Origin: Azolla caroliniana
Taxonomy: Eukaryota; Plantae; Polypodiophyta
DNA: 64,000 nt
Reading direction: 5' to 3'
NCBI GenBank assembly: GCA_043228905.1
Contig: JBHGNT010000008.1
Location: forward strand, 5,580,001 to 5,644,000
The notes below the pieces were generated by a model. That model made no database searches. It was given only the letters and a program-made list of their open reading frames with translations, and had not been told where the DNA came from. Below, one piece after another: positions 48,750 to 59,610 of this stretch (positions are counted from its first letter, which is position 1; each line of letters starts with the position of its first letter). A program made the translations under genes and the position numbers.

Positions 48750-51700
48750 TGATGCGAAAGATATATGTATTATATGACGGAAGATATACAACAGTAGTTA
48801 GAAGGCTTAAGACTGGCGTTGAACCGATTTGGTTCGAACTAATGCCTTGCGCCTCCTTTTATAGTGTCTTCAGGAATACTCTTGAAGTTTCTAGAATGTT
48901 CCAGAGAAATCTGGAATATACATCAATTTCCTAATAAAACCTAAATGAAAATAATATCCTTCAAATTACAACTCATAACCTAATGGTAAAGTCTCGACCC
49001 GTGTAACAAAAGGTTATGGGTTCGAGTCTAGTTATGACACTCATCCGGTTCTCACCGGGTCTGCACCATCCGGCCCTCCGTAGCCGGGTACTCCTCATCC
49101 GGTTCTCACCGGGTCTGCACCATCCGGCTCTCCGTAGCCGGGTACTCGTCATACGGTTTATCAACACTGTTCTTCTCCCTTCCCATCCGGAGGGACCTGT
49201 CTCCCAACAAACTCCCCCTTCACTCTGGCATGAGGTGTCTTACTAGTCCGATCCTCTTCCGGCATGCATCCAGCTTGTCGGGTATCAACACTTCAGTCAG
49301 CATATCTGACCCGTTCTCGGCCGTGTGGATCTTCGTCAGTGCGAACTCCTGGTCATCTACTCTTTCCCGGATCCAGTGATACCTTCGTTGGATATGCTTC
49401 GTCCGGAAATGGTAGGCCGCATTCTTAGCAAGGTGGATGGCACTTTGACTGTCGCAATAGAGCCGGTATTCATCTTGTCGGATACCGAGCTCTCCGATGA
49501 AGTCCTTCATCCATAACATTTCCTTGCCGGCTTCCACAGCCGCCAAGTACTCCGCCTCCGTGGTTGACAACGCAACCGTCTTCTGCAGCCTCGACTGCCA
49601 CGAAACAACTCCCCCTGCATATGTCATTACATACCCGGATGTGGACCAGCTGGTATCCACATCAGCCGACATGTCTGAATCGGTGAAACCGTCAAGTTGA
49701 GATTTTCCGGAGCCGAATCGGAGACACATATTTGAAGTGCCCTTCAAATACCGGAGTATCCATTTGACCGCGTTCCAGTGCTCCTTGCCGAGATTGCTCA
49801 TAAACCGGCTCACCACTCTGACTGCGTATCCTATATCCGGTCGGGTACACACCACTGTGTACATCAAGCTCCTGACGGCAGAGGCATATGGAATCTTCAT
49901 CATATCCGCCTTCTCTGCTTTCGTCTTCAGGCTTTGCTTACCGGATAGCTTGCAGTTTGCCGGAAGTGTCGATCCGACCGGTTTCGCATCTGACATGTTG
50001 AACCGGTGAAGCACCTTTGTCACGTACTTCTCTTGTGATAGCCATAATTGCATCACTGACCGATTCCGGATAATATGCATCCCCAGCATCTGTCTTGCCA
50101 GACCCAAGTCTTTCATTGAGAAGGTCCGGTTGAGAGCCTTCTTCAGCATCCGTATTTTGACTTGGTCCCGTCCGACGATCAACATGTCATCCACGTACAG
50201 AAGGAGTATCAGGAAGTCGCCTCCTTCAAACTTCTTCACAAACACGCAGTGATCGGCCTACGTCTTGTGGTACCCTTGATCGGTCATGAAGGAATCGAAC
50301 TTCCGGTACCATTGTCGGGGAGCCTGCTTTAGTCCGTACAGGCTCTTCTTCAGCCGGCATACCAGGTGCTCCTTCCCTTTCTCCACAAATCCCTCCGGTT
50401 GCTGCATGTAGATCTCCTCTTTGAGGTCGCCGTGAAGGAATGCCGTCTTCACGTCCAACTGTTCTACCTCGAGGTCCATGCTTGCCGCTATACTCAGCAC
50501 CGTCCGGATGGAGGTCATCTTTACTACCGGGGCAAATATCTCGTCAAAGTCCACGCCCTTTTTCTGCTGGAAACCCCTTCACCACGATCCTGGCTTTGTA
50601 TCTCGGGGGGTTGCCGGCATCTCCCGGTTTCAACTTGTACACCCACTTGTTTCGGAGTGCCCGCTTTCCTTTCAGCAACTCCACCAATTCGTACGTATGG
50701 TTCTCATGCAGGGAATCCATCTCATCCTGCATGGCATTTAACCATTTGCGGCTGTGGGTGTCATCCTTCGCTTCTTCGAAGCTTTCCGGCTCCCCCTCAT
50801 TGGTCAGCAGAACATGCTCTGCAACCGGAAATCTCCGGGGCACCCTTCTCTCTCTGAGAGGATATCTCCGTCTTCTGGGTTCGGTAACCGGCTCCTCCAT
50901 TTTCTCTTCATCCGAATCTGATTCAGGGTCTTGGCCGGTTCCGGTTTCAGCTTCCTCTACTTCTTCTTCTGCCGGTTCGGTATCCTCACCGTAACCGGCT
51001 GGTTCCTCGAGTGCTAACCGGTCTCTTGCCGGTTGGGTCTGCTCATCGTAGAATTGATCATTACCGGTCGACTCGGAGTTCATTATCTTCTTCTCCGACT
51101 CCCAGTCGGCGAGCGTCTTGTTCTCCATGAAGATAATATCTCGACTCTGGAATACCTTCTTGTCGACCAGGTCCCACACTTGGTAGCCGAACTCATCGGC
51201 GCCGTAACCGAGGAATATGCATGGCCGGGTCTTTGGATCCAACTTTCCTCTCCGGTCCTTAGCTACATGCACGTACGCGAGACACCCGAATACCTTCAGA
51301 TGCCGGTAGGATACTTCCTTACCGGTCCAAACTCTCTGTGGCGTGTCTCCGTCCAAGGGTACTGAGGGTGATCTGTTTATCACATATGTCGCCGTCGACA
51401 GTGCCTCAGCCCAAAACTTCTTGGGTAGTTTTGCATGCGCCAACATACTCCGGACCCTCTCCATTATGGTCCGGTTCATCCTCTCGGCCAGCTCATTTAG
51501 TTCCGGCATCTTCGGCACGGTAAATTCGAGCCGGATTCCCTTCAAGTGACAGTACTCCTCGAACTGCCCCCGGTATTCACCTCCGTTATCTGCTCGAGCC
51601 GCCTTCAGTTTCCGGCCGGTTTCTCTTTCCACTCTCGCGTGGAGCTCTTTGAAGACGGATAACACCTGATCCTTCGTCTTCAACGGTGTGGCCCACAACT

Positions 51701-51753
51701 TCCGGTTGTGGTCATCTATGAATGTCACGAAGTACTGTGATCTTGCATGTGAC

Positions 51754-52170
51754 TTGTAGATGCCGAAATGTCCAGCCATCAGCGTGTCATGACATTGTTG
51801 CAAGACTTGTAGTCGAGAAGGACCATCAGGCACATACAATAGAGTTTGTCGAAAAAGTAAACCATCATGCCAATTGAACTGGTTGTAGTCTTGACGAGGA
51901 TTTTACGATTGTGAGCAAGAAGCATGATGTGGGATAATATGGTTCAAAATGTCTTGCGGGAATTCATCAGTCTTAATATGCTCCCAAATGGAATCAAGAA
52001 GACTTGAATCTCTAGGTGTTTCTATAACATGAAATGCCATTAGTTGTAGACGATCAAGACCCTAGAGGATTTGCTTCTGACTGTCGAATGTAGACTCTCC
52101 TGGTTGAAGTTCCATATACGAACGTCGAGATAAAGCGTCTGCTTTTCCTTGTTGCATCCTAGGACGGGAT
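51754..52170 (-). mobile_element. Old chromovirus pol fragment (RH-IN junction)
   Basis: QQGKADALSRRSY and LYVPDGPSRLQVLQQCHDTLMAGHFG; homologous to 45000-45420. Confidence 0.8.
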
Positions 52171-52481
52171 AAATACAAAGTCGTCGACGTTGTATTTTAC
52201 TCTGTACACCATCTGTAGCCGATCGGCTTGACACCTTTGGGGGTTCAACCAAGTCCCAAGCTTCCTTTTCGACCAGTGCATACATTTCTTCCTCCATGGC
52301 CGATTTCCAATTGACGTCTTGTGTCACCTTCGTGTAGCTCTTTGGCTCATGTATCTCCACCACTTTGTTCATGTATGCATAATGATGCACCATGTACTCA
52401 TTATACCCGTACTTGATAACAAGATTCTTCTGTTGAGTTGACCGGCGCAACCTTGCTGAGAATCGACCGGCCACAACCGGT
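52171..52481 (-). mobile_element. Fragment of an element A-family Copia (pre-RT region)
   Basis: RLRRSTQQKNLVIKYGYNEYMVHHYAYM...WKSAMEEEM matches 29550-29720. Confidence 0.7.
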
Positions 52482-52727
52482 TGATGTTCGTGCGTATGTG
52501 GGTGCAAAGATCGAGAATGACAAAGTCTAGAGTACAGAGACAACAAAAGAACCCGAAGTACAGAGACACAAGATTTAACGTGGAAAACTTGGATCGGGAA
52601 AAACCACTAGGGCTCACAAACCCCAAGAAACAAATCACTATATATGGAGAGATGAATACAAGGAGACTCGGAGGCAACGACCTCAAGCTCGTCTTCATCT
52701 AACAAACGGCGGTAGAGTTACAACTCA

Positions 52728-52765
<38 letters not shown>

Positions 52766-53280
52766 GTTACAGTAGCAACAACCAACAGTAACTTGTTTAA
52801 CAAATAATCAACAACCCTTAACTACTTGCCCTAAGTGTATTTATACTAATACAACATTCAGGGCTATTTACAAATATATCCCACTAAGGTCACATATTGA
52901 GGCTATTTACAATTATGGCCTCCGAATCAGCTTTGACCGAATCGGCTAATAACTGAGTCGATTTTCGGCCTTGACTAAGTTTATCTATAAGCTCCATTCC
53001 ATTCAACTCGTGCTCTTTCCATCTAGAGGGACTTGTTTTCCCAACAAAATCCCCCTTCACTCCGGCATGGCGTGCTTTGTTAATCCGACCCTTTGTTAGC
53101 ACGCACTCAACTTCTCTACCGACAATACCTTTGTTAGCATATCAGATCTGTTTTCCACAATGTGGATCTTCATCAGAGCAAACTCCTTTTCTTCTACTCG
53201 CTCTTGGAGCCAATGGTATCTCCTCTGGATGTGCTTGGTCCTCGAGTGGTAGATAACATTCTTCGCAAGTTGGATGTTTT
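52482..53280 (-). mobile_element. Copia element E 3' end (LTR 52482-53046, PPT, RNase H end)
   Basis: TG..CA LTR related to the D LTR; aaatccccctt PPT; IQLAKNVIYHSRTKHIQRRYHW. Confidence 0.78.
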
Positions 53281-54375
53281 CGTATATGCACACCTAAGCT
53301 AACCGGAGAAACACACACACACACACACACATAGATATATACATGATGCCCGTGGTGACGTCGGTGTTGCTCGGCAAGCGAGAGGGGGCTTGCATCCCAG
53401 GATTGGTCGGGAAGCACCTGCGCGTGTTCGCGCGACGGGATCCTCGTGTAGGGCACCTCTCTGGTAGAACCGCCTCCTATCGCCAAGGAGTACTCGGGCT
53501 TGCCGGCTCGAATCGGTCTTGCACGCCGAGGAGTGAAACCTGCCACCGAACTTCCGAACGCATGGGCTCACCACCACGATAGAAATCGACAATCACACAC
53601 GCACACAGACACACCGGGACGTGGCGTGCTGAGAACCTGTAGAAGGCGAAGACAAGCCACGTGTTGCCTGTTGCAACCGAACACCCCCAACTACGCATGC
53701 ACACTGACGAAACCCTAGTAGAGATAAAGTGTTTAAGAACAGAGACATAGATAGAGATAGAGACAAAACTAGAACTTATACACATAAGTTTATTAACAAA
53801 ATGGAACCCAAATACCAAAAATAAAATGGGAACCCCTTTACAAGGGATGCTCCCTTCCTTTTATAGAACAAGGAGAGGGATGTGTAACAATGTGGGATAA
53901 ATCCCGATTTACATGGGATTCTCTGTCCTGACTTAACTCCTACTCCGTGCCATAAAGGCGCCCCTATCACCTACACTATTTGTACAAGGGTGATTGCACA
54001 TGCTCCACCTCGCTGATTCTTCTGATATTCCCCGGTTTCTCACCATGGCCCGGAATCTTCACGACACCGTGAGTCTGGAACCAATCCGAAGGCCTTGGTT
54101 ATAGAAGATGACTCTAACCGGGCAAGAGGCCGGAATTGGAGTCCCCAGAACTAGGACAAATCAAGGACGAGGTAGAAATCAAGGGGGAGGCTGTTTTGGA
54201 ATAGAGTTTTCTATGTTCTTCTCTCTCCGTCTCTCCCCCGTACATTGTGTTGATTAAGCTTTCCATTAAACGTTCCTTATCTTCCTTGTCTCTTCTTTTT
54301 TATCTGTTGTTACCCGGTTGTGTCTCTTAAGCTTCCGCATGGAAGTCGGGGCACTTCAAGAAGAATTGCTAACAC
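53281..54375. mobile_element. Unresolved LTR-like fragments
   Basis: Minus-strand TATA near 53860; PPT-like aagggggaggc followed by TG at 54192; no TSD resolved. Confidence 0.35.
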
Positions 54376-56260
54376 TTCTGGAAAGCCAAAGGGGGAGCCG
54401 ACATTCCGGAACCGAAGAAGATTTCAGAAAGGAGAGGAATGCCGGAGATTGCAACAAGTGAAGAAGAACTATTGCCGATCACCGAGGAGAGTGAGCTACA
54501 TCTTGTTAGCAATGAAATGACGTGGGTGGTTGACTCTGGAGCGTTTTTGCATTTGACCCCCCACCGGAAATGCTTCTCATCTTACAAAGCTGGAGATCAC
54601 GGTTGTGTCTGGAAGGGGAATGACAGTGCATGCCGAATTGTCGGCTTATGAGACGTGTTACTGACAACGTCAACTAGGTGCAAGTTGTTGTTGAAAGATG
54701 TCTGACACGTTCCGGAGGTTCGGTTGAACTTGATATCAACTAATCGGGTGGATGATGAAGGCTATACGGGTAGCATCCGGAATGGAGTCATGAAATTCAG
54801 AAAAGGAATCCTGATCGTGGCCCAAGCCCAGAAGATCAACACATTGTACCTAATGCATGCCCGGATATGCCGGGAAGAGGTGAACGTGGTATCTGACACT
54901 GCCAGTGAGTTGTGACACAAGAGGTTGTGTCACATGAGCCAGAAAGGGATGAGAAGACTTGCCGAAGATAACCTCATTCCGGAGGTGAAAGACGCGCAAC
55001 TTGAGAAGTGTACCGATTGGTTGGCCGGAAAGTAGAATCGAACCTCTTTTCGGTCGAAACCACCGTCGAGAATGCACCGTTGGAACTTCTGCATACCGAT
55101 GTATGCCAAGTGGACATGAAGTCACATGCCGGATCATAGTACGTCGTGATGTTCATAGATGACCACAACCGGAAGTTGTGGGTCTCACCGCTGAAGACTA
55201 AGGACCAGGTATTATCCGTCTTCAAGGAATTCCAATTGAGAGTGGAAAAGGGAAACCCTAAACCCTAAACCAGCTCGAATTTACCGTGCCGAAGACACCG
55301 GTGCTGAATGGATTAGCCGAAAGGATGAACTGGACTGTGATGGAGAGAGTTCGGAGCATGTTTGCACATGCTAAGTTGTCCAAGACGTTTTGGGCCGACA
55401 TGCTGATGACGATGACCTATGTGATAAACAGATCACCCTCAGCGCCCTTGGACGAAGACACACCACAGAGAGTATGGACCAGTAAAGATGCATCTTATTA
55501 GCATCTGAAGGTGTTCGATTGTCTCGCCTACGTGCATGTAGCAAAGGACAAGAGAAAGAAATTGGATCCGAAGTCCCGACCATGCATATTCCTCAGATGC
55601 GACGATGATGAGTTTGGTTACCAAGTGTTGGACTTGTTCGACAAGGTTTTCCGTAGTTGAGACATAATCTTCATGGAAGATAAGACCATTGCCGATTGGG
55701 AGTTGGCGAAGAAGATAGTTGACTCTAGGTTGACTGAGAGAAATCGTTTGGAAAATTCTAGGACGCATCCGGTCGGAAGCTGGATGTCAGTCGAAGACCA
55801 TGATGAACCGGCCGGATTCGGATGGGGAACCGAACTGACCGAAGAAGAAGAATTGGACACTGGAAACCGGTCCAGACCCTGAATCGGATTTGGATGAAGA
55901 ATAGATGGAGGAGCCAGTGGTCGGAAACCAAGGACTGAGATATCCCCTTAGAGAGAGAAAGCCCCCCCAAAGATTTTTGGATGCTGAGCACGTTTTACTA
56001 ACCGACGAGGGGGAGCCAAAAAGCTTCGAAGAAGCAAAGAAAGACACCCACAGCCGCATGTGGTTGAGTGCCATGTAGGATGAGATGGATTCCTTGCATG
56101 AGAACCACACATATGAACTGATGGAGTGGCCGAACGGAAAGAGAGCGCTCCAGAACAAGTGGGTGTACAAGCTGAAACCGGGAGATGCTGGAAATCCACT
56201 GAGATAGAAAGCCCAGATCGTGGTGAAGGGCTTCGAGCAGAAGAAAGGAGTTGACTTCTT
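54376..56260 (+). mobile_element. Copia fragment F (D-family; PR, IN, start of RT), degenerate
   Basis: WVVDSGA, NGLAERMN, YKLKPGDAGNP, ...KKGVDF, then an abrupt strand switch. Confidence 0.82.
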
Positions 56261-59200
56261 GGAGAAGGTCCGGTTCAAGGCCTTCTTCAGCATCCCGATT
56301 TTGGTTCAGTCTAGTCCGACAATCAACATGTCATCCACCTACAGAAGGAGTATCAGGAAATCTCCTCTTTTGAATTTTTTCACAAACACGCAGTGATCAA
56401 CTTGTGTCTTGTGGTACCCTTGATTTGTCATGAAGGAGTTGAAATTCTAGTACCATTGATGGGGGGCTTGCTTCAATCCGTATAAGCTCTTCTTGCCGGC
56501 ATACCAAGTGCTCCTTCCCTTTCCTCTCAAATCCTTCCGGTTGATGCATGTGGATCTCTTCTTCGAGGTCGCCATGTAGGAATGTCGTCTTGACATCTAG
56601 TTGCTCTATCTCGAGGTCCATGCTTGTCACTATGCTCAATACCGTCTAGATGGATGTCATCTTTACTACCGAGGCAAAGATCTCGTCGAAACCCACTCCT
56701 TTCTTCTGCTGGAAACCCTTCACCATGATCAGGGCCTTGTACCTTGGTGGATTTCCGGTGTCTCCCGGTTTTAGCTTGTACACCCACTTGTTCCGGAGTG
56801 CCCTCTTTTCTTTCAGCAACTCCGTCAGTTCGTATGTGTGGTTCTCATGCAGGGAATCCATCTCTTCCTGCATGGCACTCAACCACTTGCGACTGTGGGT
56901 GTCTTTCTTTGCTTCTTCGAAGCTTTCCAGCTCCCCCTCATCGGTCAAAAATACATGCTCTACATCCGGAAATCTCCGGTTCCTCCATTTGTTCCTCATC
57001 CTCATCCGATTCGGGATCTTGTCCAGTTTCGGTGACTTCTTCTTCTTCGGTCAGTTCGGTTTCTTGTCTGAATCCGCCCGGTTTGTCGAGTGTCATTCAG
57101 CTTCTGGCTAACATCCGGTTTTCAACCGGGTAAGTCCTTGTGCCCTCAAGTCGGTTTTCATTGGATGATCCAGAGTTCATCACCTTCTTCTCCGATTCCC
57201 TTTCGGCAATGGTCCTGTCTTCCATGAAGACTATGTCCCGACTCTAGAACACCTTCTTCTCGACCAGATCCCACAGTCGGTAACCAAACTCATCATTGCC
57301 GTATCCAAGAAATATGCATGGCTTGGTCTTCGGATCCAACTTTCCTCTCTTGTCCTTTGTGACATGCACGTATGCGAGACAACCAAACACCTTCAGATGC
57401 CGGTAAGACATGTCTGTACTGGTCCATACTCTCTGTGGTGTGTCTCCATCCAAGGGTGTTGAGGGTGATCTGTTTATCACATAGGTCGCCATCATCAGCG
57501 CCTCAGCCCAAAACGTCTTGGGTAACTTAGCATGTGCTAGCATGCTTCGGACTCTCTCTATTATGGTCCGGTTCATCCGTTCGGCCAACCTGTTTAGTTC
57601 CGGCGTCTTCGACACGGTGAATTCGAGCCGGATTCCCTTCGACCGACAGTATTCCTCGAACTGCCTCCGGTATTCTCCTCCGTTATCTGCTCGAACCGCC
57701 TTCAACTTCCGGCCGGTTTCTCTTTCCACTCTCACATGGAGCTCCTTGAAGATAGACAACACCTGATCCTTCGTCTTTAATGGTGAGACCCATAGCTTCT
57801 GGTTGTGCTCATCTATGAACGTCACGAAGTATTGCGATCCGGCATGTGACTTCGTGTCCAGTTGACACACATCGGTATGCACCAACTCTAGTGGTTCATT
57901 CCATCTCATTGGTAGTCTTGACCGGAAGGAGGTTCTGTTTTGTTTGCTGGCCAAGCCGTCGGTGCACTTCTCAAGATGCACATCTTTCACCTCCGGAACG
58001 AGGTTATCTTCGGCAAGTCTTCTCATCCCCTTCTGGCTCATATGGCACAGTCTCTTGTGCCACAGTTCACCGGCCATGTCAGATGCTATGTTCACTTCTT
58101 CCCGACATATCTGGGCATGCATCGAATATAGCGTGTTGATCTTCCAGGCTCGAGCCACAATCAAGCTTCCTTTGTAGAATTTCATTACTTCGTTCTGGAT
58201 GCTACCCCTGTAGCCTTCATCATCTAGCCGATCGACTGATATCAGGTTCAACTGAACCTCCGGAACGTGTCAGAATTCTTTTAATAACAATTTGCATCCA
58301 GTTAATGTCGTCAACAACACATCTCCTATGTCGACAATTCGGCATGTACCTTCATTCCCCATCCAGACACAACCATGATCTCTGGCTATGTAGGATGAGA
58401 AGCATTTATGGTCCGGTGTCAAATGGAATGATGCTCTGGAATTGACAACCCACTTTGTCTCGTCGCCGACAAGGTTTAACTCATTCTTGTCGGTAATGAG
58501 CATCAATTCTTCTTCACTTGTCGCGATCGCCGACGTTCCTCTTCGATCCAGACCTCTCTGGTCCGAACTCTTCTTCAGATCGGTGGTGTCGGCCCCTTTC
58601 TCTTTTCAAAAATGCTGACAGTTCTTCAGAAAGTGCCCCGGCTTCCCACAGTAAAAGCAAGTGGGCCTTCCCCTTGACTTCAACCTCGTCCCCGATTTGT
58701 CTCGATTTTGGGGACTCCGATACTGGCCTCTTCCCTGGTTGTGGTCATCTTCTGTAACCAAGGCCTTCGGATTGGTTCCGGACTCCCGATCCTTTCAGCG
58801 AGCTTCTTCATCTAGCAAGCTTGATTTTACCCTTGCGAGGGACAACTGCTTTCCTTCCGTCCTAGCGTTGCCCAACGTGACAACTAGCATCTCCCAAGTA
58901 TCCGGGAGGGAACCGAGCAGGAGCAATGCGAGTACCTCATCCGCATGAGGTACTTCCAACGAGGTGGCTTGGTGTATTAGCCCCTGGAAGGCAACCAAAG
59001 ATCTTTAACCACTAGCATGTCCCTCATCTTCAACTTCCACACTGAGTAGTTGGAGTCGGTGAGCTTGAACATGCCGTCAAACAACTCTTCCATTTCCTGT
59101 ATTGTTCGCTTTGATACCAGTTTGATAGGAAATAGTGCGGAATATTCCTCGGCCGTAATGGAGTCTTGAATCACTTCGATGAGAATCAAACACAGAAATG

Positions 59201-59610
59201 GGAAGTAGGGAGTGAACGCACATACACACACAAACAACGATAGAGAACACATGATGTTTACGTGGAAAACCCTAAATGGGAAAAAACCGTGGGAGCCCAC
59301 ACACTCCAAACTATCACTATATGAGAAAGGTACAATCAGAGACTCGGATGCAACGACCTCGAGCTCTGTATCTTCGCCAGCCGACGGGTACAACAGAAAC
59401 TAGTTATGTATCTCTCTCTCACTCACTCACTCTATGTATACAATAATATACAACAACACCATATTTAGTGATTGCCCTAAGTCATATTTATACTTATATG
59501 ACTTGAGCGTTATTTACAAATATAGCCTCGATAGGCTCACCATGAAACATATTTACACATGTTCTTGGATCCGGTTTGCACTGGATCCGGTTTCCAGGTC
59601 GAGTCCGGAA

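Larger units (their letters stand above)
43270..49039 (-). mobile_element. Young intact Ty3/gypsy chromovirus (Tcn1-like)
   Basis: TSD ctcat at 43265-43269 and 49040-49044; LTRs 48577-49039 (5') and 43270-43742 (3'), differing by eye only in GA-repeat length and one SNP; PPT 43743-43755; intact gag and pol. Confidence 0.96.
43112..49152. repeat. 54-bp tandem repeat in element D LTR (3 units 43112-43269 + 2 units 49045-49152), split by the chromovirus
   Basis: Unit ttctcaccgggtctgcaccatccggctctccgtagccgggtactcctcatccgg. Confidence 0.9.
42647..51753 (-). mobile_element. Copia element D (Tork/Tnt1-like), 5'-truncated; 3' LTR split 42647-43269 + 49045-49209
   Basis: PPT at 49210-49220; RT/RH ORF 49220-50245; IN in 50544-51753; 5' half lost at the ~51753 junction. 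Lineage assignment is tentative. Confidence 0.85.
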
